This document shows, in pieces, positions 25,145 through 37,862 of a stretch of DNA of 64,000 nt. Numbering within the stretch: position 1 is the first letter of the stretch; every line of letters begins with the position of its first letter. This DNA comes from Podarcis melisellensis (Eukaryota). The notes below the pieces were generated by a model. The model ran no database searches and was not told the origin of the DNA. It worked only from the letters and a program-made list of their open reading frames with translations. Made by a program: the position numbers and the translations under genes. The stretch lies in assembly GCA_964234715.1 (NCBI GenBank), contig OZ174283.1; one strand, written 5' to 3'.

Positions 25145-25418
25145 CAGAGCCATTTTTCTAGAAAAAAGAGGTGCAGGAACCAGTGCTTTTCGGGGTGGGT
25201 ACTCAAGGGTACACAGTACTGGTGCCTCTTTTTGTTGTTAAAAAGTGTGGCACTTACTGTGATGACTTCATGGTGAGTACTGGCACCTATTTTATTAGAA
25301 AAAAGCACTGGCCAGAACTCACAACGAATGCCTCTCTTGTTCTCTTATAATGCTAATGGCGCCCACCCGAGAGGTGCCAGAACTGAGTTCCGACCAGCTC
25401 CTGCTGGGAAAAACACTA
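25145..25418. mobile_element. hAT-type MITE (CAGTGCTTTT family), host of a nested insertion
   Basis: Reverse-orientation homolog of 51535-52271 (ctagaaaaaagaggtgc..., ttataatgctaatggcgcccacc). Confidence 0.75.
25181..25310. mobile_element. Nested hAT-type MITE of a related family
   Basis: TIRs cagtgctttt / aaaagcactg, 8-bp TSD gcaggaac / gccagaac. Confidence 0.8.
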
Positions 25419-25772
25419 AGCAAGAGCCAACTAATTTTGGTTTTGCTCTCATCCTCCTCCCTGTTGAATTCTACAAAGGCAACACTGAGGAAGCTGACAG
25501 CCAGATGCTTCCCCCCTGGGTTGGATATAGGGAAGGAGGTAGCTTAGTTGCACTAGACTCCGTTGGATACATTGCTGCCATGCAAAAACCAGAGGTTTCT
25601 AGACACCCATCTCTTTCATCCAGACAATCAAGAGGCATCAGTGTATTTGAAGGACACATTCCAACATGGGAGTAGGGAATGAGGACATGCCAAAGAGCCT
25701 TTCCCTTAGTCTTTGTACAAAGATTGCTGCCATCTGTGGCAATTCCACATGACTTGAAACCCTGCACTATAA

Positions 25773-26037
25773 TAGAGTTGCCATATTTCAAGCAGTGAAA
25801 ATCCGGACTGAAAAGTTTTTGTTTCCCAACATTGTTGAGCTTCTTTAGCAAAATTGCAAAGAAAAAGCCCAAAGGTTTGGAGGTATTTTTCAGGAAACTT
25901 GACCAAAACAGCACTGCCAACATGGATTGCCATACGTCCAGATTTTCCCAGACATTTTAGCAATTTCTGCCCAGACACTGCCTCTGACTGCAGTATTCCA
26001 GATAAGTCTGGGAAATTCTGGATGTATGGCAACCCTA
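25773..26037. mobile_element. hAT-type MITE (TAGGGTTGCCA termini)
   Basis: TIRs tagagttgccata / tatggcaacccta, TSD cactataa / cactatga. Confidence 0.82.
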
Positions 26038-26520
26038 CACTATGATGATTCCATGTCACAGGGGGCAGGTCTACATGGTGGACACAGCTCCTGCATTAAT
26101 GAAACAGGAATATTAATGGCTGAAGAACACTTTAGAAATTTTAAGCTTCTAAAAAAACTGAAGAACGGGGTCAAACTATATGGCATTAGTCAAGCATCTC
26201 TCAAGTACAAAAGCTGGGTGTTTTGTTTCATTTTTTGACAAATAGCCAGTGGGCGTCTTCATGGGTAACCTCATGTTGATAATATAAAATCTAGCAGTTA
26301 TTTGGATCAGCCACTCACAAACACTAATGAGCGAACCTTTCCAAAGGAAAGGTGTTGGCAGAAAAGGGCAGAACATTAGTTATTTTTTTCATTTCTACTT
26401 ACTGGGGAAAGACCTCGCCAGACACAATAAATCCACTTACCATAACTGCCAAAGAGCAGAGCAAAGAAGTTTCAAACAGCAAACATCACACCTTAGCTGA
26501 GCCCTTATGTGCTGAGGCAT

Positions 26521-26686
26521 GGCCACCGCAAAGTGACGGAGCATCTGATTGGAGAAAAAGATCCCAGGTTCATCCTTGGCATTTCCATATCAGGCTGAGA
26601 AAGTCTCCTGTCTTGGACTGCAGACATCCACTGCCTGTCAGCATAGGGAGTGGTGAATTAGATGAACCCATGGTCTGACTTGGTAG
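26521..26686 (+). mobile_element. Old tRNA-derived SINE, Squam2-like
   Basis: gagcatctg..tcccaggttcatccttggcatttcca..ggctgagaaagtctcctg..ctgcctgtcag..tagatgaacccatggtctgacttggta. Heavily diverged. Confidence 0.6.
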
Positions 26687-27027
26687 CCAATATGATGAAG
26701 ATCCCTCTGACCCCTGTTTTAAATCCATTGGTTTTTCTTCTTCTGTATTAGCATTTAGTATCCGCTTTCTAGGCTGCATGCAGCCCCCTAAAAACGAAAG
26801 GCAAAAGAATGACTGACAATGGTGACATGACTGACAGAAGAAGAAAACAGATTATGCATTTTCACAGCTTCTAAAAATGTTCAGAGAGAGAATCCAATGA
26901 AATCTGGGTAAATATCCACCTTCCAATCAGGAAGAATGCTTAGCCCAACTGTACAGAAGTGGTACTCAAGACAGCTGTAACCTCAGAAATTAGCCACACT
27001 ATTAAATGCTCTCAGTCTCTCTATGCT

Positions 27028-27067
27028 CCAAACTGGTGAATACCCATCCAAACTGGTGAATACCCAT
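27028..27067. repeat. Perfect 20-bp tandem duplication
   Basis: ccaaactggtgaatacccat x2. Confidence 0.95.
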
Positions 27068-27119
27068 TCCTGAGATTCATAGTGAGATCTGAACAAATAC
27101 AGAAACGCAGGGCATTCAA

Positions 27120-27177
27120 TGTTGGAAGCCGCCCAGGGTGGCTGGGGAAACCCAACCAGATGGGCGGGGTACAAATA

Positions 27178-27228
<51 letters not shown>
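27120..27228 (+). mobile_element. L2-type LINE 3' end with (AAT)n tail
   Basis: gccgcccagggtggctggggaaacccaaccagatgggcggggta-(aat)n. The same terminus follows L2 ORF2 sequence at 59240-59470. Confidence 0.85.
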
Positions 27229-27537
27229 TATATATCCACTTTGCCACAATCTCTTAGGTGGGTGTGGCAAGGGTGCCTGTCTTTCACCAGATCCTTTCCT
27301 GAACTGGTTCTACTATATTGTTCCCCAGAAGAGACACAGGAAGCTGCTGTCTAGACAGGGGATAAGGGGCATAGTTTGGTTGACCTGGCTCAGCTTAGGT
27401 TGAGGAGCCATTGCTCAATAATGTTCCAACGCAGACTTTGCTTGCATAAGGTCCCGAGAAGAGTGTGTCACTATCTCCTGCTAAAGGTGCCAAGGTGGAG
27501 ATGCCACAGATACTTAAAGAGAGACAGTATACAAGTA

Positions 27538-27735
27538 CAGATAGGTAGCCGTGTTGGTCTGCCATAGTCAAAACAAAACAAATTCCTTCCAGTAGCACCT
27601 TAAAGACCAACTAAGTTAGTTCTTGGTATGAGCTTTCGTGTGTATCTGAAGAAGTGTACATGCACACGAAAGCTCATACCAAGAACTAACCTAGTTGGTC
27701 TTTAAGGTGCTACTGGAAGGAATTTTTTTGTTTTG
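27538..27735. mobile_element. Penelope-derived fold-back mini-element (inverted pLTR fragments)
   Basis: Arms 27568-27642 and 27663-27736 are near-perfect reverse complements. 12-bp TSD agtatacaagta (27526-27537, 27736-27747). Hammerhead core in the middle. Confidence 0.85.
27642..27679 (+). ncRNA. Minimal type I hammerhead ribozyme motif
   Basis: Stem I gtat/atac, CTGAAGA (27646-27652), extra A, stem II gtgt/acac, GAAA (27668-27671), GC, TC. Predicted cut after C27675. Confidence 0.7.
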
Positions 27736-30700
27736 AGTATACAAGTAGTTATATGCGAATGCTAGAAGCCTCCAAGCCAAGACAGGTGAACTGGAGTACT
27801 GAGTTTTAGAAGATGGCATAGATATAGTGGGCATAACAGAAACCCGGTATAATGGAGAGAGCCAGTGGTACATGGTTGTCTCTGGATAGAAATTCTAGTG
27901 CCCATACACCATTCATATCCCTCCACAACAGAACAGCTGGTGTGTTGCTTGATAGCACCCTCACTCTAGGCATTTCAAGACTGTCACTATTTTGGGGAAA
28001 AGATTCTGTCCCATACCAGCAAATTCACAACCATAGTTGATGGAGAGGTCTTGCACAACAAGCTTGCACTAGGCTAAATAAAATATCAGACTTTTCATGA
28101 TAAGGAAAATACAGGAGAAATGCACTGGTAAGAAACACCATCTAAACACCCAGCAAACAGATCAGAAAGGATGCTCAGCAAATGGGACATCTGGAAGCAC
28201 CCACTGACTGGGCACCACAGTGTAGTCAACAGTGCTTCAGACTTCCACCTGGAGCACAGGGGGAGAGAGTCCTACCTCACTTCTTCACTCTTTTATTGAT
28301 ACTGCAGCACCTTAGCTTTCTATTAAGGAGCTTTCAAAAGAACGTAAGAATTTTGGCCTTCATCTCCAGTTCTGGTGTTAATGGGGATAATTTAAAGTTC
28401 ACACCCATTTCCCAAAAGGGTTCTCCTTTTTTTTTAACCTTTAAAGTGTAATATGAAGTTTAAAATTATTTATTTTGATTGGAAGTATTTGGAAACTTTC
28501 CTCTCCATTGCTTTTTAAAAGGTGTCATTGTTTTATTAATGTTGATTAATAAAATTCCAAAAGCATTAGCAAAATTGAGTAAACTCCAACCTTTTTATGA
28601 GTGTGTGTCTCTGTGCGTATGTGTGTGAAAATGAATGTAATAAAAAGATCCCAGCAGCTCTGTTAAACTGTATGCTTAGCAGTCTCCTTTGTGATCGTTC
28701 TACCAGATGTTTTATAATGCTAGACACAAGACCATTTGCTTCCCCCCCCTCTCTCTCTCAGGAGGGAAGAAAGAAGCCTTGGCTTTGACTCAGAAGCCTA
28801 CAGATTGAGACCCTGTAGCTCAGGAACACTGTAGCCTTCCCTTCAGTTGCAGAGAAATCTGGATTACTCACAGAGACAATCACTTCCCTGTTTTCTCTGT
28901 TGAAAAAATAATTAATACTTTTTCAGACTGATCACCTGCATGCTTATTGCTGGAAGCAAGCCTCACATTATTTACTGTAACCTCCTTCCAACTAATTGTG
29001 CATTGGACGGCAGCTTTAGAGAGGTATTAAGGAGCCTACAGAATACATTTATCTTCCCTAAAATGCTGGTCCATGCACTGTTCAAATGGGATAGTTGTCC
29101 CAAATACCACTTCTGAAGGAGTTTTCTGTCATCTTAATATTCCAGTCATAGCATGAACTTCACCCTTGTCAGACAGACCAAACTACACAAAAGCAAGTCT
29201 TGTGATAAAACTATTTGTGGACTGTGCCATTTAAGACTAGGGCATCTTGACCAGTTCTAGTCTTAGGATGCAAGCTGAAAAGTATGAACAGGATAAAAAG
29301 GAGGATGTAGATCTTGGGGAAGAGGGACAAACTGAACAGGCCTGAGCTGGTTCACTCTCTGCACTTAAAGCTGGTTAAAGCTTGCTATGAAAGAGGAGAA
29401 AAAGGACCACTCCGAAGAGTGGTCAGAAATATTTTCTCACCCCCCCCTTGGGCCTTAATGCAAATCAGAATCGCATGGAATTTAAATATGGGAAGGTAAC
29501 CTACAGAGCTGAAAGGCACCTGTTCAAGAAGTTAGCATTTTGTTTTTAAATCATTGTCAGCTGGGGAAAAGGTTCCAGTTAATTTAGGAATACTTACTTT
29601 CACTATTCTTTCCAGGAACTGAAAACAAGCAAACTTTTAATAAACCAATCTAAATGTTTAGGTGTATGGAGAGAGACTGCTGTTTTACTGTTTTAGAAAT
29701 ATTTTATAGTTCCATGAAATTCTGGAAAGACTTAAACCTAGCAGTGTTTGGGATGCAGACTGTTCAGAATAAACAAATACCCTCTTAGATACCACTGGAG
29801 ATGCATTATAAACTGGCCTAACCTATATTTTATATAACACAAAAGCCAAGATGATACCACATGATTACAGCCATCCCTTACTGTGAAGAGCTGGTTATAG
29901 AGTTGCCTTGATTTAGAACAAGAGGGTGATACATTTAAACACTGGGTAAGACCCACAAAAGGTGATAAAGTTTGATATACATGCTGTCTCTATTATCATG
30001 TTTGCAATTATTAAAGCCCTTCCTTGTCCAACAAGCCTTTTAAGAGGAGATTTTTAAAAAATCCCAATCTGTAATGGACTTGAAATTATTTTTATAGGTG
30101 TTTTTACTGTTGATGTTTTCATTGTTAATTGCTTTGCGGTGTTTAATGGGAAACAATTCACAAAGGAAATAAATAGACTGGCATCAAAATAATTGACAAA
30201 CAATATGGTTAGTAGTACATCAAGAGATTTGGAGACCATATTTAAGACTCTCTGGGTAGAAATCTGGCTTTTAAAGAACCTGCACAGCTTTGAAACTTTT
30301 ATACCGATGTAAAATTGTTTAACATGTTCAGTGAGCTAAGATCAGCAAGGGAAGTAGGTTTGTTTCAACCTTTCTGGAAAATGAGGGCAGAGTAATTTAG
30401 AAAAACAGCACCATTTTTTATGATTGCATTTTTCCCCCTGGATTGTATAGCCCACAGCACAGCTGGCTCAATACAGATGGCCATTCCACCGTGGTTCACA
30501 TGGCATAGATCCATTGAAATCAATGGTCTTGATTTTAATAGAACTGCATCACCAATTTGCATCAGCAGACAGCCATGTCAGTTTTATGTATTGCCAAGTC
30601 CTGGGGAGACATTCCAGGAATAGCCCCATACTGTTATGTTCTGGAAAAGCCTAGCGGCGTAAATGAAGAATTCAAATTCTTTCTTTGTTAGATTGTATTC

Positions 30701-31914
30701 ATACAACCAAGAAGAACTCAGACACCTATTAGCAGGGAGCATGATGTATAAGCAGAAGAATGTAGCCAGACAAGTTGCACACAGCAGAAGAGTTCGAAAT
30801 AAACCAAGTAGGGGGAAAATAGTTTTCTAACTTGGCCATTAGAAGTAATAATGAGAAAATTTAAAATGAGATTATGGTCTCAGTAAAAGTAGAGATTTGG
30901 AAAGCTGGGCATGTGTAGGAGAGGGAGATACCGGTAACTGAATATGCTGTTTTATTGCTCGTGTGAATGTGACCATGTGAATAAGATACATTTAAAATAT
31001 ATGCAGATTCATGATTGCTCACAAGCTATCTATGAATGGAAGAAACCTCCCTACCAGGTAAAAAATTTTTAACTGCCTTTGTCATGGGAGCCACTTTCCC
31101 TAATCCAGTATGATTCAATGGAGTGATGAAATGAATGGGACCATCTTGCAAATTGCTCCTGGTCCCGCTAAGCTGGCTCTTAAGGAAAAACTAATTAAAT
31201 TCTTGAATATTTCTGAAAGAGAAATGCAGACATGTTGGTGGTCTTCTCTACATACACAACATTTTAAACCTCTATGACCCATTCCAGGTATTTGTGACCT
31301 GTGTGGGGGTGCATTATTCTAGCTTCTGTCCAAATAACTGCAAATGAGAGAGAGATATTAAAATGAGCACTGGATACATCAGTTGCAGACCTGCAGAATA
31401 TGTGCTGCTATGAGCTCTTTTCCAGGTAACACTTGAATGCTGCAGAGAAATGGACAAAAGCCATTTGCCTGCAGATGGCCATGATTCGGGAAAGAAGGAG
31501 CATGCATGCCTCTGAAAAGCAGCTTCAGTGCATTCATTCTTAACCTTGCCTACTTGGAAACTCATGTCATAGCTTTTGATGGGGTCCAGTTCCAATTAAA
31601 TGTGTGTAGAGTTGTAGTCTGAGTGCCTAATGCAGCCAAAATTAAAAAATGGTACTTATTTCACCAAGAAATCAGTGGGACTTAGAAATATTGTGTGCCC
31701 TACATTACTGCCGCTCACCCCTCAGAAGGAAACTGTCCCCAAAGAGCTGGATGGCAAACATTTGGGCCCCAACAACAATGCTTGAGGGCCACAGAGTACC
31801 CACTAAGGCTGTGGATGCTTCCTGGAACTTCTTACTTTCCAGGGAAAGGAGAATATGAATCAATATCAAAGCCATAGGTAATGCTTTAATGATGGCCAAC
31901 AAGCAGAATATTAT

Positions 31915-31917
<3 letters not shown>

Positions 31918-31960
<43 letters not shown>

Positions 31961-31968
31961 TGTGTGTG
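31918..31968. repeat. Compound (CT)n(GT)n microsatellite
   Basis: Directly visible. Confidence 0.97.
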
Positions 31969-33111
31969 TTTCCTCCTGTATTATGAATGATGTGATAAAG
32001 ACTTCATATACTCAAAATGCATAGTTACAAATAATTTAAAAATATATAAAGTCTTTGTACAGCATTTACGAAAAAGTGAGATACACACACATGCTTTCTG
32101 CAGCTTGTAACATTTGTATTTTGGCCATCAGCACACACAGAAATTGTACTATGCACTGACGCTGGATGCAGAATACATGCCAATATCTTTCAGCGCTCTC
32201 AGGGAGGTAAGCAAGCAAGCAATCAAGAGCGGGTACTTTCAGCTGTGCTTCCACTCAGTGCTGTAAATCACGATATGGGTGAGACCGAGAACAAGAGTGT
32301 TATTATGGTTCTGAAATCACTGGAGCTTGCTGGACCCTGAGCTTCGGTTTGGAGCCGAGCTGCTTGGATTCTCCTCAGCAGGCTGATTTACAACTTGTTG
32401 CTTTGGAGTTCTTCAGGCAAGAGCCTGAAGGTGCTCAGCAACCACACTTTGAATCCTCAGCAAACTCCTAGCTGTGCACTATTTCAAGCCTCCGGGACCG
32501 TCAGGAAGGTAGCATTTAAAGTTTTAATAGGCTTAGAGTTAACTCCAGAGTGGACAGACATCTGCTTGCATCCTTTATTTATGACTGCCTCTTTTTCAGT
32601 TGGTTTAGCAAATTATCCTTCAGAGAATTCTCTGCTATTTTGGCAGCCCAGAAACGCTTTCACAAATGATCTGAGCTTTTGCCAGCTCCATAGGTCACCT
32701 CTCCCCCCCCCACCTTACTCCCCACCCAATCTGCCATGACACCTTGGGGAGCCCTTGTCAAATACTTAATTTGGAGCTTTTTCTTTGGAATGCACTTTAT
32801 CACACACCTTTTCTGTGCCAAGACCTTTTACAGACTCTAGCAGAAATAACTTGCCATATGCTAACATGCTCGCTTGTTAAATTGCTTTTAAAAGTCAGCG
32901 CATATTCCAAATGGCACAGTGTGGGATACGACTGACTAAATAATCCCACAACACCTTTAAGAAAGCACCACTAAAGATGCATTTGCTCTGATGCACTCAA
33001 AGAAAACCACCTTCCTTATTGTTTCCTTTGCCTTTTATGTCCTTTCTCATTGGTTCACTTAGTAAATAACTTGGGAATCTGGGTACCACTGAATAATCAG
33101 ACCGGTTACAG

Positions 33112-33232
33112 TAGTGATGGGAACCTGTGGTCCTCCAGATGGGATTGGACTCCAACTCCCACTGGTCAACACTGATGGGTGATGGAAGTTGTGGTCCAAT
33201 GACATCTGGAGAACCACAGGTTCTCCATTCAA
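33112..33232. mobile_element. Short hAT-type MITE
   Basis: gggaacctgtggtcctccagatg ... catctggagaaccacaggttctcc inverted arms. Confidence 0.75.
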
Positions 33233-33684
33233 GTGCAGGAGAAAACATGTTTGTATCAAATTTAAGAAAACCTAGAAAGCGCCACTTCTATTGATGACTC
33301 AATAAAGATCCTCCTGCTCCTTAGGAACACTGAGCCATCCACACTAAATACTACTATTTTTCTCTCCCTCTCTCACTGCCCGCCCCCGCCCCCCCCCAGA
33401 CATTAAATCTGCTCACATCTTTTGATTCTCTTACTTCAATAATCAATTTGCATGCAGTGAAGGGAAGCACCACCCAAGGTTGTCATCAGAATTCTTAAAT
33501 ACTAATAGATGGGTGGGTGTGACTAACAGGTATATTCTACAACATGTCATTGATGTAATGCTAATGCATTCCTGATGGATTTACACTGAGCCATCCACAC
33601 TTCAGTCCACTTTATTATGTGCTCTTCAATACTTTCCCAATGTTACTGCATTATTACCATCTGAAGGGGCAGCAAAAGTAGGGG

Positions 33685-33718
<34 letters not shown>

Positions 33719-33720
<2 letters not shown>

Positions 33721-33893
33721 CCAACTGGAATAAAATATGGTGAGGCAGGAAAACCCTGCCCCTCATAATCAATCACATCACACGCCACATGCACACCATT
33801 TGAATAGCAATTCCAATCAACTTGGGGGGCATGACCCCCTCAAATATTTTAGGGAGGCTGAAGGGACCTTGGCCCCTCATATTTGACTCCTAT

Positions 33894-33894
<1 letters not shown>
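33719..33894. mobile_element. hAT-type MITE between two (CA)n tracts (33687-33718, 33895-33933)
   Basis: Homologous to 61833-62018 (gaataaaata..., cacaccatttgaat, catcaacttggg, ctcaaatatttt, ctcctatg). Confidence 0.7.
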
Positions 33895-33935
<41 letters not shown>

Positions 33936-35109
33936 TTTCAGCATAAATCTATAGGACAGGCACTGATTGGAAAGGAAGAAGTATGTTCATCCGAAAACCT
34001 TTTAAAGTGAAAATAATATTGGAAGCGGGGTTGCATTTAACCACCTTGATAGTATGATGAACACAAATCATCACAAATATATGATAAAAAGGACATCTGC
34101 AGGGGTCCTGAGTGGCTAAGAGAATCAGAATTACTTGGCTGACTGGAGATATATTGTGTAAGTAAGGAAGTGCTAGGAGACAGATTCCATTCCCTCCGCC
34201 TGTTGCTTTGGAGAATTCATTTCCTTTTGATTATCTTTACGAAATTTTGCTGACTCTCAAAATGGTGGAGTCTATTCCATTAGTCTCTCCCTAAGAAAAT
34301 AAGAGGAAGCTTCATTTCTGCCAAGTCATAGGTTTCATGGATTCCATAAAATGCTGCTGTTGAAATTCGCTATGATCTTTCCACCTGTGTTTGCTCAAAG
34401 ATTGCACGTCTTTTCTGAGAAGTCTCGTAGGCGTTCCTCATTCTGCCCTAAGTATTCTTTTATGCTGAAAAGGGTGATGGAATCTCCACTCCTGCCAGAA
34501 CTTAGGGCATGGCCCCATTCGGGGGCCAGTTTCATAAAGTGCCGGATTCTTTCATTAGTGCACCCCCAACTCGTATCTCTTTTGTTAATGAGAGGCATTT
34601 GGAGGGCAACACCTGGGGCATGTCTGAAAAGGCTGTAACTGAAGTGTTAAAAATCATATTGCATATTAATAACCAGATGTTGATTTTAATAATATTTTAT
34701 TAAAGGTCTAAAGCTAAACTGCATAGAAAGTGAAATGTATCGGGCTATGATTAAAGTGTATAATTTTTTCTGGGGAAATTAAGCTGATGGGCAAGCAACT
34801 CCATCTTATGTCACTTCACTGGCTAATAAGGGCTCTTTGGGGATTGCACTTACCATATCAGAAGCTGTGTGTTCAGCATGCACCACACCAGAGAGATGAC
34901 TCTCAGTGACGTGCTAAGTCTCAGCTTGTAACTAGAATCTCTTGCAAATATGTACTTCAAGTCTCCTTCTGCCTGGAAGACAGCTGCCAAAGGGTTTGCA
35001 ACCCTTTGGAGGGATCCTTTGGCAACGGTAGACCAAGTATCAGAAATTATATTCATCTGGAGATCAGCAAGATAAGCAGCAGCTGGAACATATTATAGCT
35101 GTTCCTGAT

Positions 35110-35280
35110 TGGTTAGTGCAGAGGCCAAAGGACTAAGCTATGAATCAGAAAGTCCCCAGCTCCATTCTCACCTCTACCATGAACTCACTAGGTGGTCTTA
35201 GGCATGCCACACACTCTCAGGCTCCATTGCCCCTATCAGTAATATGGAAGGCATGGATAAGATACTAACTTACCCAATCC
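35110..35280 (+). mobile_element. Ancient MIR/CORE-like SINE remnant
   Basis: tRNA-like head followed by actcactaggtggtcttaggca..ctctcag..atcagtaatatgg..atactaacttacc. Very diverged. Confidence 0.4.
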
Positions 35281-35394
35281 ACCACTACCTAGCCCAGCAC
35301 AAAGGGGGTTTGGAGTGCCCTGCAAAATGCCCCCAAATATTGTGGCTTCTTGCATGGCTAAGTGCAGGTCTGAAGCAATTATTAGAGTTGTAAC

Positions 35395-35673
35395 TAGGGC
35401 TGGGTGATATCTGTTTTTCAACATCAAGATATATCGCCAGTGAAACGTCCCAATATACCAATATATCACAGTGCCTGAAACAAGGATGAAGAAGCATTGG
35501 CCAGCTTCACGGTTATTCCTGCATCATGATTTTTGCATAGTATGTGTGCGCACACACACACAAACATCATGATTCACGATATATCGCCAGGTGGTCAAAA
35601 ATTATGAAACCAATCTCACAATATGGACTTCAAACTGGTTTGGGACGATATATCAGTATATTGCCCAACTCTA
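35395..35673. mobile_element. hAT-type MITE (TAGGGCTGGG termini)
   Basis: TIRs tagggctgggtgatat / atattgcccaactcta, repeated gatatatc motifs, TSD gttgtaac / tctgtaac. Confidence 0.75.
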
Positions 35674-37361
35674 TCTGTAACCACCATCACAGAGATTTTC
35701 ATTTTCAAAAGGTGCTGTTAGGCACTCTATTTTATTGATACATCAGTGTCACCAAAAAAAGTCAAGGCTACTGAAAGAAGAAAACTGTTTTTGTAGAATA
35801 CTAACCTGTTTTATGATTACAACATAGTCTACCAACAGTGAAACTGAACACTCTAGAAGCCCGGAAAGGAACAATTTAGAAATACTGAATGAGATGTTCA
35901 ACCTATAAACCCATAAAGAATGAGGGAGCTATAAAACATTAGTCAACAACTGTGGCTTGATGTATCCTGCCTCAGATTTTCTTTGATTTTTCCCAAAAGC
36001 AGCTGGCAAAGAGAACAGAACGGCAAACAGTGTAGCCATCAAATGTTCTGGTGCCAAAACTTAAATGCAGAAGATATAGTCCAAAGGAGCATGTATCGAA
36101 TTATCTGCAAAGATACCAGAGAGATTGACCTTCATTATCAATTTTCTAAAAGGTTGGATTATCTTAGATTCTAATGGAATACAGATCTGCCCAGTTCATG
36201 CAAAACAAATACACACACATCTTTATTAAAAGAGTTGATTCTGTTTAGAATAAACCCAAACAAATCTTTGCTTCTTTTTGTAATACATGTGGGAGTTGGA
36301 TGGTGGTTGTTTCATCAAGAGCCTAGTAAACAAACATCTTATTTCTATTCTCTAATCTTTCCTGCCTGGTTTGAAGCAGCTAGCATCTGCTTTGGTATAT
36401 GAGGTAAGGAGCAAGGTCCATTTGGGGGAGAAAGCACACCACGTAAACATAATGGTCAAACTGGTTTAAATAGCCAGCTGTGGGAAGGCTGTGAATTCAA
36501 ATCACAGCTTCTTTGCACGTGTCCTTGTACCTTCCTACATTAAGAGTGCAGTCCTATACTTAGAAGGAAGTCCCAGTGAGTTCAGTGGAAAATACTTCCA
36601 GGTTAAGTGAGCATTGCAGCTGTGCAGATCTACCCAAACTATAGAAAGCCAGTGTGATTACGCCTGGGAAAATTGTGCCAGCATAACTTACCCCTACTTG
36701 AAACTCTGAGTGTGGCAGAGGGGAAACAAACCTTTAAAACAAGTTTGACTTATATCACCCTTTTTGCCAGTTTAACATCTGCCGGATTGCTAGATCATAT
36801 GACTAAAAGGAGTCTGGAATAGGGGTAATTCTCCCCCTGCCCCATCCCACTCTCACCACCTCCCCAGAATGCCCCCTTTCCAGGACTTAATCCAGTCTTA
36901 GATGAGTCCCAGCGGGGCAGAGATGCTGGATTTGTACTAGTGTATCCAGTTAAGCTGGAATGACAGACTTCAGCTAGCATAGCCCCAGCCGAGCCAGGGC
37001 AAGCTCAGCCAGAGATCCACTTATTCCAATTCCCCATAGCCTGGTAGATCTTGGGCTTGGATTATTCCAGAACAGCAGAATTGCAATCATTCTATACAGG
37101 TTCAAGACATACAGGGGCATTTAAAAGGTTTTATTAGCAACCCCTTCCTCACACTTTTGTACTATTCCAAAGGATAGGTTTGTTTGTTTCTAATTATAAT
37201 TCCAGTTTCCTCCTTATATTCCCATTATTGCTAACTGCTATAGATAATGAGAAATCTTACTGAACTGCTGTCATGAAATGAATCATATGCCTTCTTTAGC
37301 TGTTCGGATTCTGTGTTAAATAAATATGGGTACTGGGGATGAGCATGCCAGCTTTGCTCGC

Positions 37362-37862
37362 ACCTTTCTTTTAGGAATTACAGGGAATGAAATTAGAAGA
37401 AAAGACTGTAAACTCTTTCAATATGCAGCCACAGCAGCAAGAATTCTACTGGCCCAGAAATGGAAACAAGAGGAAATACTGACAATAAAAGAATGGAGAC
37501 TGAAGCTGACTGACTATGCAGAATTGGACAGATTAACCGGGAAAATTAGATATCTTCAAGACCAAAAGTTCATCGAGGACTGGGGGAAATTTGTTGAATA
37601 TCTGAAAAGAATATGTGATGTGCAAATAACACTGGTGGGATTTCAAGAAGCACTGTGAAAGCAGAGATATATTGTTAAAAAGAAATAGGAGTGGAAGGGA
37701 AGTTTAATGGCAATATAAACAGAGGAATGCGTAAACTGAGAAGTAATTATGGATGATTGTCAGAGAAGCCGAAGGAAGTCTAAAAAGAATCAAATTTGTG
37801 AAAATTTGACAGAATTGTATATTTGTGTTGGAAAATAATAAAAATTATTTATATAAAAAAAA
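37362..37862 (+). mobile_element. 5'-truncated L1/Tx1-type LINE (ORF2 C-terminus + 3' UTR + A tail)
   Basis: FLLGI..LFQYAATAARILLAQKWKQEE..EWR.KL.DYAELDRLT..W.KF.EYL, then aataaa and an A tail. 21-bp TSD gagcatgccagct(t/c)tgctcgc at 37341-37361 and 37863-37883. Confidence 0.9.

Larger units (their letters stand above)
27515..27896 (+). mobile_element. CR1 ORF2 APE-endonuclease N-terminal fragment, interrupted at 27538-27735
   Basis: After removing the insert it reads YK*LYANARSLQAKTGELEY*VLEDGIDIVGITETRYNGESQWYMVVSG*KF, matching the CR1 motifs CLY.NARS and DIVGITETWW. Confidence 0.8.

Noticed and set aside
36626-37052. Possible old MITE bounded by agatctacc / ggtagatct
   Set aside because: Only a short inverted match, with no TSD and no second copy in the window.
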